Shown here in pieces: positions 13,411 to 25,991 of a DNA stretch of 64,000 bases. Within the stretch, counting starts at the first letter, position 1. Every line of letters begins with the position of its first letter. A model generated the notes under the pieces. It worked only from the letters and a program-made list of their open reading frames with translations. It had not been told where the DNA came from and did no database searches. Origin of the DNA: Sphyrna mokarran. Lineage: Eukaryota. Both the position numbers and the translations under genes were made by a program. The DNA lies in NCBI GenBank assembly GCA_024679065.1, contig JAGIQG010000008.1, forward strand, positions 30,442,001 to 30,506,000, in the 5' to 3' direction.

Positions 13411-14418
13411 TTCTCCCATTTTAACAATTAAATGAATACCAACAGCCTTCCTGTCTCAATTTCTCCCAGTGATCTGCCCCTTAACTGTAATGATGAACAC
13501 CTACCCATGACCCAGACCCTTCCCTCCCTTGTCTTCCCACGTCACTACCTTCACTAATCCAGTGCAGGCTTTCTATCAGCTCCTAGCCTGCAACTTCCTC
13601 TGGAACGCCCCGTAATGTCCAACAGGGAACCAAACCTATTAATTTGGCTGCTTTCCAGGTGGGAAACCTGCTGGGAAAAAAAAGATGGAAGCTATTCCAC
13701 AGCATGCAGGTAACAAATCCTCCTTTCCCTGTTCCCATTTCCCCAGCCACCCTCAACTCTGACCCAGCCACAATACCTACCTGCGATAACATCAGAGCCA
13801 CAGCATCTGTTACTAATGTTGCATAGCAATTACTTCAATTGGTTCAATCTCTGTGGACATGCTTTGCTTCACTTAGCTGACAAGGGGGCTGGCTGTCTGC
13901 GATATGTTGAAAATATTTTTCTATTCAAATTTCTTCATTAAAGTTAGACTCTGAAAATCAGTATTGGTATCCACGCAAGTAAAACATACTGGAAAAGCAA
14001 ACACAAGCCTTGCTCTTGCATATGTAATATGCTACAGGCACCCTTATTAATTGATGCAAAAACTGGGGTCAGGAAATTTAAATTCGTGTCGGGTTTGGAT
14101 TGCAGACGGGCAAGTCTGCAAATTGGCATCACCATCTCCTGTGCCAGCTTATCACCATCATTATGACCCTGTGCCATTTTCAGTGAGGATGGCAAGAGAT
14201 CAGATCAATTGCCTGTCACTTACTGGCAACAGCCAATGAAGGTTTATTATTGATAATTATGGCTCTGTTACCAGAGCAACTAGGATTTTCAGCCAGTAAT
14301 ATGGGTAAGCCTACGTCAATCGACATCATGTCTAGGCCCACATAGTGGGCTCAGGGCAGGAAGAGAATGGGAGGGGAGGCAATAAATTATGTGATGGGCA
14401 GCCTTCACACATAGTTTA

Positions 14419-14800
14419 GGGGACGACACTGGCATAATGGTAATGTCGCTTGGATTAATAATGCAGAAGCCCAGGTGAATTCTCAGTGATCTCAGGTTCA
14501 AATCCCAGCTGAATGGGAATTGAACTGAATTTGATAAATGAATTTGGAATTGAACTAGTTTCAGTAATGGTGATCGTAAAACCATTGTTGATTGCCATTA
14601 AAAACTTGTCTAGTTCACTTTAGGGAAGGGAATCTGCCATCATTATCTGGTCTGGCCTCCATGTAATTCCAGACTCACGCCAAAGGCATTGACTTTTAAT
14701 TGCCTTCTGAAATGGCCAAGTGAACCATTCAGTTCAAGGGCAGTAAGAGATGAGCAACAAATGCTGGGCCTTGCCAGCGATGCCCACATCCCGTGAAAGA
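14419..14800 (+). mobile_element. tRNA-derived SINE with LINE-derived 3' tail
   Basis: Head tggcataatggtaatgtc / ggttcaaatccc; tail caacaaatgctgggccttgccagcgatgcccacatccc, similar to LINE ends at ~7400 and ~21370. Confidence 0.7.
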
Positions 14801-14969
14801 AAGACAGACAAAAAAATTGGCTTCTGGATTACAGCTGCAGTCACTGACGGACCGCTGAAGGGGCTTCCTCTTGGAACATGGCCAGACGGCTATTTTGAAA
14901 ATAAAACTAACTTCACTGTCCTTCCCTGCCCGCTCTCTCTCTCCATCAAAAAGATTAGCAGCTTCCACC

Positions 14970-15285
14970 TCATAGAATCACATATTCTCTGTAGTGCAGG
15001 AGGTATTTGGTCTATTGAATCTGCACTCACCACAATCCCACCCAGAGCCTAGCCGCGTAACCCCACATATTTACCCTACTAGTCCCCCTGTCACTAAGTA
15101 GCAATTTAGCATGGACAATCCACCTAACCAGCACAGGATTGTGCGAGAAACCAGAGCATCCGGAGAAACCCACGCTGGCACGGGGAGAATGTGCAAACTC
15201 TGCACAGACAGCGATCCAAGCCGGGAATCAAACTCGGATCCTTGGCGCTGTGAGGAAGCAATACGAGACACTGTGCCACTATGCT
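14970..15285 (-). mobile_element. HE1/V-SINE-type SINE
   Basis: Reverse V-core and head. Confidence 0.8.
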
Positions 15286-15799
15286 GCTCTCAGTTGGTGA
15301 GGCTGTCAGTCTGAGTGCGGGAGGGCCTTTCTGGAACTCAGTCCTATTTCTAGTTCCCAATCCTGACTGAATAAGCAGCCCCAAGAGTCTTGAGTATGAT
15401 GCTGTTGCAATTCTTTATAGTTAGTATTAACATCAGTCATGCAATTGACTAACATAGTATTGGATACCTCATTCTACTTATCCAAAATCTCCTACTTAAC
15501 CTTAAACACCCTGTTTCCTCACTGACAATGTTGCAATTACCTGAAAAGTGAGAACATTCAAAGTTGTTATAAACCACTTACAGTCACCAAGATTATCCTA
15601 TTGTATTTCCATCTGGAACAGTTTTATCAAAGGACTGACAAAATTTAAGCTCTTCCTGGATCAAACGTCTGTGATGCTAAGTACCTCAATTATAATTTCT
15701 TTCAAACAAATCAAAAACATAATATAAATTTTAGAGTTTAACTTAACAGCCTGGTTTAAAGTTACCAACATGGAAAGAAAAAAGAAAGGCATCAGCGCA

Positions 15800-16160
15800 T
15801 CAGTTGTGGCTCAGTTAATCTCCAAGTCAGAAGGTTGTGGGTTCAAATCCTGACCCACAGCACAAAAACAGCACAAAAATCTAGGTTGACAGTCCAGTGG
15901 CCCTGTCTGCTCTTTAAGGACATAAAAGACCCAAAGGCATTCTTGTGAAGAAGATTTGGGGAAGTATCCTAACGCCCTGGCCAATTAACATTACAGAACA
16001 TCTGATCATTATCACAATTGATTTTGGGAGTTTGTTGTGTGCAAATTAGTGCCGCATTTCCTCCAGTACCACTGCACATCAGAAGTATTTAATGGCATAA
16101 GGCACACTAGGACATCCTGAGATTGTGTAGGACACTACATAAATACAAATCTTTCTTTAT
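15800..16160 (+). mobile_element. Deu-domain SINE (SacSINE1/AmnSINE-like), decayed
   Basis: gtggctcag...agtcagaaggttgtgggttcaaatcc head; ccctgtctgctc...gaagaag...ctggccaa Deu-like body; L2-type tail actacataaatacaaatctttcttt. Confidence 0.6.
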
Positions 16161-17004
16161 GTAAAGCTAAGTGCTATTGCCACAGGAGTGGTAACTCTCT
16201 TCCTGCAATTCACGATATACAATATATATATGATACTTATTTCAAACTTCACTAATATCTGCTCAACATTGATCAGACCAGTTAGGCAGTATTTCACTTG
16301 AAAAAATGTTTGTGGGAATACCCTCTAATCAGCTTGGAGGTACCTGATTAAATAATTAAAATCACATTATGAAACTTCTCTATTGATACCAAAAATCAGG
16401 CAGAGCTTTTTTGCCCCCCAAAATAGTTGCCAAACACATTTCATTAATAAAGAAAATAGAATAGATCTGAAAATGAAAATAGAGGTAATACAAGAGCAGT
16501 TACCAATGAATTTATAAAAAGTTTGTGTCAATGTTCTGCATAGAACAGAGGATTTGCAATGTTACGATAGGCCGTCACATTGCTGATACCGATCCTCCTA
16601 TAACATGGCCAGCTGAGAATTTCATTCGATCCCATGTGGTGAGGGAGATGAAAGTAATGCTTTTAGTATTTGGAGATCATTTTCTAATGTCACAGAAATA
16701 GGAAAGATAAAGAGCACTAAGTACTACAACGCAAAAGATTCCTGACCTCAGATAATTAGGCCAAATGCATAGGTCAGCCTCCATTTAGTTTTCTTTTAAT
16801 GCTTTCTTTCAGATAGTTTTGTGGGAAATTGTAATTAAGCAACTGAAAGTCAACCTCTGATTATGTGTATACCATCTTCATAAATAAAGTCAGCGAGCTC
16901 GAGGTTCAGTTATCCAATATTGAAGATGCCTTTTCACACAGTTATAATTCCAGCATTTCTCATGGTATTTTCATGTTCACTTCACCAGTATCCAAGTGTG
17001 GTAA

Positions 17005-17320
17005 GAAAGCCAAGAGAAGATTTGACAGAGGTGTTTAAAATCACAAGGAATTTAGATAGAGTAAATGAAGAGGAGCTATTTCTAATTGCCAAAGGGTCAG
17101 AGGGAAAAGATTTATGATTATCCAAAATCATTGGACACAGCAAGTAGTTTGGATTTGAAATGCGCTGCCTGATAGGGTGATGGATAGAAATTCAATGGTA
17201 GCCTTAAACAGAGAATTGGAGGAGAAAAAAATGCAATGACTGAGACTAACTCGATTGTTCTAATAAAGAGCTGGTCTCAATTTGATGGGCTGACTGGCAT
17301 TCTTCTATGCTGCACTGTCC
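17005..17320 (+). mobile_element. CR1 LINE 3' fragment, decayed
   Basis: REDLTEVFKITRNLDRVNEEELF motif and gatgggctgactggcattcttctatgctg end. Confidence 0.7.
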
Positions 17321-17809
17321 TGTAGTGTGATGAATCCATGACAAGCTGAGGTTCAGGAACTTTACAAACTTCAAACCTTGCATGACCTGTCATTCCTGCT
17401 GGGATATGTCGGTTACTACTGATCAACTCTCACTCCTGGGGAGCTGAATGAGTCTTCTGATGAACTGCAAGCTTATATCTTTTTATATCTTTGTGACAGA
17501 TGTTGGCCATTTGCAATGTCAGTTTATTCCCAGACTCCAATGAGTAATCATTTGCGTGGTGCGGAGTTTCCAGTCAGTGCTGCATCTTAATCGAGAATTA
17601 ATTTTTACTTTCAAGCTTCTTTTTCATTTTCACTTTGCCGTCTGTGAGAGGGTTGCATCTAATGACAGTAATATTTGAGATGACAGGACTTTTTTTTGTT
17701 ATTTCTTCCAATGCTGATATTTGTGCTATTGATTGGTTCTATCTCCTGCCAAAACAATCACTGGGGAATAAACCCTTGGCATAGAATCACACAGCACAAA
17801 AAAGTGGGG

Positions 17810-18114
17810 AGTGGCACAGAGGCACAGTGGTTCAAACACCAGGGACGAGCGTTCGATTCCCGACTTGGGTCACTGTCTGTGCAGAGTTTGCACATCCTCC
17901 CCCTGCCTGCGTGTGTTTCCTGTGGGTGCTCCAGTTTCCTCCCACAATCCAAAGATGTACGGGTTGGATGGATTGGCTACACTAAATTGCCTCTTAATGT
18001 CAGAGGAATCAAAAAGGCAAATGCGTGGAGTTGCAGGGATAGAGGCTCAGTGGGATTGTTGTTGGTGCAGGCTCGATGGGCTGAAAGGCCTCCTTCTGCA
18101 CTAGGGATTCTATG
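17810..18114 (+). mobile_element. HE1/V-SINE-type SINE
   Basis: Head, V-core and tail gatgggctgaaaggcctccttctgcactagggattctatga. Confidence 0.85.
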
Positions 18115-18461
18115 AAAAAGAGGCCATTTGCACAATCGTGCTGTGGCATCTCTTTAAAAGAGCTATCAAATTTAGTCTGCTCTTTGCCACTTTCACACAT
18201 TCCCATACTGTTTTAATGCGAAGCATTGCCTCGCACAATTATAGATTTATGGAAAGCAGTGATCAGTATTGCTATAATCAAGCAAAAGAAACACTATGGT
18301 AAATAGTTTCATTTAACTTTGCATTTGTCCACATCTGTAAAATATTTAAATAAAGAGAAAGAGATTGTAAAAACTATGGAAAGAAAATTTAAATACAAAT
18401 TTTTTTTTCGAAAAACAAGAATGCACTTTTTCATAACATTGCTTTACAGTTGGTCAAGATG

Positions 18462-18908
18462 TTTTTTTTTAAAGAGCAACACAGCACGGGAAACAGGCCC
18501 TTCGGCCCAACGAGCCCGCGCTGCCTTCATAACTATATAGTAGCAAATCCATTATCCTATTTTATTATTCCTATATAATAATATATATATTATTCCTAAT
18601 ATGGAAAATTCTCACTATAGGGACAATTTGTTTCCCAATCAGCCTAAGAGCGAATTTTTGGGTTGTGGGAGGAAACCGGAGTGCCCGGAGAAAACCCACG
18701 CAACCACGGGGAGAACGCGCAAACTCCCGCAGACACTGGCCCAATTCCAAGTGTCTGCACAGCCACATCGATAGTCTCTGAGCTGTCATGGTGCCCTTCA
18801 GATGGTCCACATAAAGCACTCATTTACGACATGAGGTACCAGGCAACCCATGAATCAACATCCAAGAGCTGTACCCGCACCACCTGCCGAATGCATGCTC
18901 AATGTTGG
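18462..18908 (-). mobile_element. 5'-truncated copy (3'UTR only) of the young CR1 family at 28185-31085
   Basis: Near-identical to 28185-28627 (about 6 substitutions and 1 indel by eye over ~430 bp); poly-A tail on minus strand. Confidence 0.9.
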
Positions 18909-19337
18909 GATAGCGATGAATTTTAACCACAAGTTTCAATAGAACACTCAGATTCATTCTGAAATACCTGAACCACTTTCAGATTGCATACAGAGCCACT
19001 ACTTCAACAGGGTCAGGCAGAACACACACCTCCATTTCATCCTATTTTTATCTGAATGCTTTGTGCTTTATGCTAGCAACAGTATGTGAATTGATGCAAT
19101 CTGTTGCCACCATTATTCCATTTTTCATGGTTGAGTTGGGAACATCACATTGATTGAATTACATTCAGTTCATGGAGAACAATCAAATGGCCTTTGATAA
19201 ATATGGCTGGTTTAAAGGAAATGAAAATAGTTTAAAAAAAAAGCATCATGGCCTACTGCACTTTTTGGAAATGAGTCGAACACAGAATGAAGGTGAGAAA
19301 ATGCGACAATGTTAATTGCTTTTTGTCTTGCTCAATT

Positions 19338-19655
19338 TCACAGAATCATAGAATTCCTACATTGTAGAAAGAGGCCATTCAGCCCTGCTCTGATAACAAT
19401 CGCGCTCAGGCCATATCCCCATAATCCAATTATTTACCCTGTTAATCTTCCTGACACTAAGCGGCAATTCAGCATTGTCAACAAACCTAACTTGCACATC
19501 TTTGGACTGTGGCAGGGAACTGGAGCATCCAGAGGAAATACCCGCAGACATGGGGGGAAAGTGCAAACTTCACACAGACAGTGACCCCAAGACCAGGAAT
19601 CAAACCCAGATCCCTGGCGCTGCGAGGCAGCAGTGCTAAGCACTGTGTCACCCTG
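19338..19655 (-). mobile_element. HE1/V-SINE-type SINE
   Basis: Reverse head, V-core and CR1 tail. Confidence 0.85.
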
Positions 19656-20169
19656 TCCTCCTTCCTGGGAGGATTTTGCTAAGTTCTACAGACACTGGCT
19701 GCCACTGACCATCATTTAGGTATAGACAATGAACAACAAGCTATTTGACAGTCCATATAGGTGAAGGTCATGATCAGTTCTAGGTCAGCATTCCATTTCT
19801 CATGTTCGCTATCCTTGTGTGCAGACTAACAATTTGCTGTCACTTGCTGCAATTTATGGCCAGTTTTGTGTTGTGTTGCGGTTGGTAAACATGGACTAAT
19901 ACTGTCCAGATTAATTTTGCTTAGGATCCTCATTGGCACAACAAAGCTAAAATATTCATTATATCAACTGGGGATAGTTTCAAAGCTGAATCCAAATAAA
20001 GCACAACTGTATCCTAACCCTCTTACAGCTAGCTCTTCCAGCCAAATTATAGTACGTAGAAATTGACCCAAACTAGCATGTCAAAGGAAATATTTCAGCA
20101 GGCCACAGATATGATTAACATGCTGCAAAATGTTTTGAATAAATTGAATGTAGCTAAAGTTCATGAATT

Positions 20170-21410
20170 GCTGTTGTTCCTTAGGGTAGTATCCTAGGCC
20201 TTACGATCTTCAGCTGTATCATCATCATAAACAACCTTGCCTCCATCATAAAATCAGAAATGGGGATGTTTGCTGATGGCTGCCAAGCATTCAGTTCTAT
20301 TTGTAACTCCTCAGAGATACCAAAGCAATCTACGTCCACACACAGCAAGACTTCTTCAGTGTCCATATTTAGACTGATGAGAGGCAAGTAACATTCACAC
20401 CACACAAGTATCAGGCAATGGTTATCTCCAACAGGGCAGAGCCTAACCACTTCCTCTTGGTACTCTTGCTGAATCTCCCACTATCAACATTTATCAGAAA
20501 CCAGCAGATTAGAGGCTGAGAAACTTGCAGGAAATAACTCATCCCCCCCAATCTGCAAAGACTGCTCACCATCCACAAGATGCATGATGGAATACTCTCC
20601 ACTTGCCTAAAGCACCTCCAACAGTCATTTCCAGAACAAAACAACACACTTCAATTGCACCTGCCCACCATATTAAACATTCATTCCTTCCACCACTGGC
20701 ACATGGTGGTAGCTGTGTGTACCTTCCAAGGCAAATTGCCAAGAATTTTTTTTTATATATTCAGTCATGGGGCATTGGCTCACTAGCTGGGCCAGCATTT
20801 ATTGCTCATCCTTATTTAAAAATCAACCACATTGCTGTGGATCTGGAGTCACATATAAGCCAGACCAGGGAAGGATTTCCTTTCCTAAAGGACATTAGTG
20901 AATCAGATAGGTTTTTACAACAGTCAACAATGGTTTCATGGTCGTCATTTGACTTTTAATTTCAGATTTTTCTTGAATTCAAAGTTCACTTTCTGTCATG
21001 GTGGGATTTGGACGAGGTCCCCAGAGCGTTACCCTGGATCTATAGACTACTCGTCCAATGATAATACCACTATGCCACTGCCTCCCCTTAGCCAAGGATT
21101 CATTGACAGCATCCTTCAAATCTGCAACCTCCACCAGCCAGAAGAACAAGGATAATAGAGCATGGGGATACTACCTTCTATAAGTTCTTCTCCAAGTCAC
21201 ACACCTTTCTGACTTGGAACTATATTGTTATTCCTTCACTGGGTCAAAATTAATGAATTCTCTCCCTGATAGCACTCTGGGCATACCTATATTACATGGA
21301 CTGCAGCAGTTTAAGAAGATAGCTCATCATCACTTTCTCAAAAGGCAACTTGGCAGCATTATATGATGGCCTTATCAGTGACAATCAGGCCCATGAATAA
21401 ATTAAAAATA
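20170..21410 (+). mobile_element. Decayed CR1/L2-group LINE (RT C-terminal part and 3' end), interrupted by a SINE
   Basis: gttccttagggtagtatcctaggcc (VP.GSILG), atgtttgctgatggc (MFAD.) RT motifs with frameshifts. Confidence 0.7.
20750..21088 (-). mobile_element. tRNA-derived SINE with LINE-type tail (related to 14419-14800 and 60885-61255)
   Basis: Reverse head ggcagtggcatagtggtattatc; tail gcaataaatgctggcccagctag. Confidence 0.7.
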
Positions 21411-22325
21411 TATCCTGGGGTCAGCATTGATCAGGATCTTAACTGGACAAACTACGTAAGTGCTGTGGCTGCAAGAGCAGGATACATACTGTTCAAGAAA
21501 TGGCTTAGTTCTTGACTCCCCAAAGCCTGTCCGCCATCCACTACACACAAGTCAAGAGTGGATGGGGAATACTCTCCAAATGCCAGTGTAATTCCAAAAT
21601 TATTCAAGAAACCTGACACCATCCAGGATCAAGCATCCCAACTGACTGTCGCTGAATCGCTCCTCGGCCTTTTGGCTAAGATTGATGTGCTACACTTGTT
21701 AGAAATCATGAGGTGACATTAAGCTTTCATTTGAAGCAATTTTTTAAAGCGGCATCTCAGCCTTTTAGCTAAGGTGAAAATGAGATCGAGCTTTGGAGGA
21801 GGTACAATGCCTGCTCCAATCAACTTGGATAATGTGGACCAAACGCGAGACAGGAAGTTGGATGCCTGATTTGTCAGCTTGCATCTGAAATGTCTATCTT
21901 GCTAAGGCTCTGAATTAGACTTTGATTGGATTGAATTGGATACAAACAAAAAAAATTGACTGTCATTGAATCCAATACCTTAAACATTCACTCCCTCCAT
22001 CACCAACATACGGTGCAGCAATGTTAATCATCTCCACGAGGCACTGCAGCAACTCACCAAGGCGTTTTCAATAACACCTCCCAAACCCACATCCACTGCA
22101 ACACAGAAGATCAAGGGCAGCAGGGGGAGGGTAACATCACCCAAAGGTCCACTACAATTCACACACCATTCTCACTTGGAAATAGATCATCACTGGTTAA
22201 TACCCTAATAGTATTTTGGGAGCGCTTTCACAAGACTTTGGCAGTTCAAGATGGTGCCTTATCACCACTCTCTCAAGAACAGACAATGACTGTTGGTCAT
22301 GTCAGTGAATGAACCAATAAAAAGG
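21411..22325 (+). mobile_element. Second decayed CR1/L2-group LINE fragment; host of the U2-headed element
   Basis: atcctggggtcagcattgatcag, caccatccagga, cattcactccctccatcacc paralleling 20480-21400. Confidence 0.65.
21656..21955 (+). mobile_element. U2 snRNA-headed retroposon (SINEU-like), 300 bp
   Basis: ATCGCTCCTCGGCCTTTTGGCTAAGAT matches U2 nt 1-27 at 26/27; second U2-like motif 21752-21773; A-rich tail; imperfect 14-bp TSD ctgactgtcgctga / ttgactgtcattga. Confidence 0.8.
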
Positions 22326-23461
22326 AAATGTATCCGTATCTAACAATAAAATTCCATCTTGGTGGTGGGGTGGGGATGGGAGAAGAAAGAAAGGAGACGG
22401 AAACCTTCTGGACTGTGGAGTGGAAAACTGGTTAGATCTTGCTACTTTCCAGTGAAGTAGTATGGACTGATTTCCTGCCCATTCCCTTATCCTTTAAAAT
22501 CAAGAGACTGGAGCAGACTCAATGGGCTGAATGGCCTACTTTTGCCCCTATGTCTTATATCCAAAGATTTCTGGTTTACTCTGGATATTCTGCCCATTCT
22601 AGCCTATAAGCACAAGAGCAATGCCTTTACGAACAAAGGGTTGGGTATTATAGGGAAGGGAGATGGGGTAGGGTGGGATAACACTCTGCTCCAGAAGCAA
22701 AGTTGGTGTGGGGCTGACTTGCTTAACACCAGTCTGATCCACAGTCATGACATGCTGTGGGTAAGTTCAATGGCAATCAATGGGGCTTCCACCCCTCATT
22801 TGGGAATAAGTCTCACCCCGGATGCTGCCAGCTAATCTCATCATTAGCTCCCTCAGTATCAGCAGGGGCAAAAACATTTTAGTGGGCACTGACAAGACTG
22901 CAATCAGGCCCGAGAAGGAGGATTGTAGATCCCAGATCCAGATAACCTGGGCTCTTGGGAGGGGAGAATTGGGCAGTTTTAAACATTGACTGGAATCCTA
23001 CAGCTTATGCATGGGAAAAAGGGAACTGTTGCTGTGCACAATCTGAGAATTCCTGCATTTCAGGAGTGCTTTAGCATCGTGGATCGGAGGTCAGAGCCTT
23101 TTTAACACGTGCAGTTAATTGGGTGGGTGCCTGTCTGACCAGCACTGGTCATAGGACTTCTGAGTTTGATGGGAAATTTTGGAAGTTTTGACTCTAGTCC
23201 GCCAACCATGAGCAGCGTATTATTGGGTTTAAAGCTTGTTTACCAGTTCAATTCACTCTTGATTATTTGTTTAAATACGGTGGACAGGCTGTCAATTTCA
23301 TAAGGGCAGAGGGGTGAGCTCGGGAGTGGCCAGGAAGGTGGGGGGGGGGAGCACCTGTCCTATTTTCTGTGTCCACCCCCACCTCACTGAAAACAGACCC
23401 AGCAAAGGCATGTAAAATCCAGCTCAAGGAGCGTAATATAGTGTGGATATGAACATGAAAC

Positions 23462-23770
23462 CGCACGGCAGCACAGTGGTTAGCATGCTGCCTCACAGCA
23501 CCATGGACCCTGCTTCAATTCCCAGCTTGGGTCACTGTCTGTGTGGAGTTTGCACACTTTCCCCGTGTCTGTGTGGGTTTCCTCTAGCTGCTCCAGTTTC
23601 TTCCCACAGTCCAAAGATGTGCAGGTTAGGTGAATTGGCCATGCTAAATTGCCCCTTAGTTTCAGGGGGATTAGCTATGGTTATGGGGATAGGGCCTGAG
23701 TATGATTGTGGTCAGTGCAGACGTGATGGGCTGAAAGGCCTCCTTCTAGACTGTAGGGATTCTATGATAT
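23462..23770 (+). mobile_element. HE1/V-SINE-type SINE
   Basis: Full head, V-core and CR1 tail ending gggattctatga. Confidence 0.85.
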
Positions 23771-24574
23771 CATGATTAAAAAGTGCATTTCGTGTCAAGA
23801 GACCCTTCATTAAAGTTTTATTTTAAGACCTCGGCCTCTCTGAAAATATCATGGTTCGAGTTGAAAATTTCTCCAGAGCAATCTGCCAGGGAGATAAAAA
23901 GGGTTAAATGAGTGACCTCCAATTGCCAAAATGGACACAAGGTGGACAATCCCCCAGCACGAAACAGTAAACTTCAACCTGCTCATCAAACAACAGGAAA
24001 CATGAGGCAGATGGTCAAGATGTGCCAAAACTTCCATCAAACTCAGAAGCAGTGTGACCAATGCTTGATCAGGCAGCCATCCAATTAACTGTACACATTG
24101 AAAAGGCTCCAACCTCTGACTCATGATGTTGAAGAATTCCTGCAGCGCAGGAATCCTCGGTATCAGCAAAGAGAACGTGCACAGTGACTGTTCCCCCTTC
24201 TGTTGGCATCAGCTGCAGAATATTGTTAAGTGTCTACAAATCCCCAAGCTTCTCAATGTGTTACTGAATGAATGAATTGGTAAGTATATAGAGTGTAAGC
24301 AGATAGGTTGATGAGGTAAGTGGGTCAGTGACAAGTGGATCAGGTGACAGGTGAGTGAATTGTGTGTGTCGAACAGGGTGAGTGAGTTGATGGGTTATGA
24401 GATAATCCAGGAGGGGTGGACAATTCCGGAGCTATTCAGATTGGATCAGGGGACAGTCGGGCAAGGGAGTTGGCTTGTGGGGGATAGTTATGGCAGTCAG
24501 GGGAGTTGGGCTTGTGGGGTGATTCCAGGAGTGATCAGTTGTATAGTTGCCTTACAGTTAGGTCTGACTATAAT

Positions 24575-24832
24575 TTTCATAGAACTATGGGTCCATTCGG
24601 CCCATCCAGTCTGCACCAACCAGGTCCTCTCTTCCATCCTATCCCCAAAACCATGGCTAATCCATCTAATCTACACATCTTTGGACTGTGAGAAGAAACC
24701 AGAACACCAAGTGGAAACCCATGCAGACATAGAGTGAACATTCAAAAGCCACACAGATAGTCATCCAAGGCTGGTTTTGAACCTGGGTCCCTGGCACTGC
24801 GAGGCGACATTGATAACCACTGTGCTGCCGTG
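24575..24832 (-). mobile_element. HE1/V-SINE-type SINE
   Basis: Reverse V-core and head. Confidence 0.75.
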
Positions 24833-25991
24833 TCATTGCTGTGTAACTATCCAGGTAGGTCAGAACTGTCCTTTATCAATCGGTCCTGAGGAGCAGCGGA
24901 ACTGTCTGATGGAAGTTCAAACGATACAGATAATTGGAAGGAGACATTACTTTGGAACTTCTGCAGAGTCCAGACGGGAGTCTGGGGAGGAGCATGCCTG
25001 GTTTCCGATGATCCAGAGATGGGAAAATCTGGGCCTCCGGCATGGAATTTAATGCATTCCCCGTGGTGAGTTTAATGGCAGGGGTGGAGAGGGTTAATTA
25101 AGTGTGAGGGTGGTGGGCGGGGACCCAATCATCTTCTCACCTGTCTCCCAGTTAAATTCTCAGTAGGAAGCCTTGTGCCTTCTGCCATTTAAGCCCCCCC
25201 CCCCCCCCGTAGGCAGTTAATGCCATTTAAGAGCCTCATCTCACTGTCACCATATTAACCAAACGGTCGGGGGTAGCTCCCCAAGCAGGAGTATGACAAG
25301 CAAACCCCATTCAAGCTAGATTGGGAGCTCCTGGAGGTTGAAAAGCATTTTGTGCTGATAGAGGCGCTAAGCATCAGGAAGAGAGGTGAGAGGCACTCCC
25401 TGTCCTAGCTGTGGGCACACTCCTGGCCACCGTCACTCGCCTGTGGCCTGGGATTCAGCGACACTAGTAGCTCTAGGGTGGGTCTCGTACCAGGAGCAAC
25501 CATTCCCTTTCCAGAGCTGCTGGCCTCTGACTAACTCCTGTTCCGAAGTCCTTAATCCTATGGAAGGCTACCTGTTATCCAGTTCAGTGCTTCAGCAGCA
25601 CCTCATTCAACAGGCCTTCCCTACAAGAGGTAACATGGGGCTGTCTCCAGCTGACAGGCAAAATCCCTGCCTGCTCCATTAAGTATCGTCCTTGATGTTT
25701 ATTTTAGAACTTAGAATAAACTAGAACCTTAGATGCAATCTTACCAACAATATTTTGAAATGCAATCCAGGCTAGGAGAGGTGGCTGTTGCAATGTAGGT
25801 GGCGAAATGTGTAGGCACCTCAAAATAGTTACACCCCTCTGAAAACTCCTTAAAAACAAAAGTGCAGCCACAGTTGCCAGATTGTTTTTAAGGATGGGAA
25901 AACCCTCCACAGTATTTACTCTGGCTACAGCTGTGATCCTTGGCTACGAGATGAGGGGGATTGAAAGGAGGTGTTGATATCCTCTGGCCTG

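Noticed and set aside
21656-21682. Functional U2 snRNA gene
   Set aside because: Only nt 1-27 match; no branch-recognition sequence in sense, no Sm site, no snRNA promoter context
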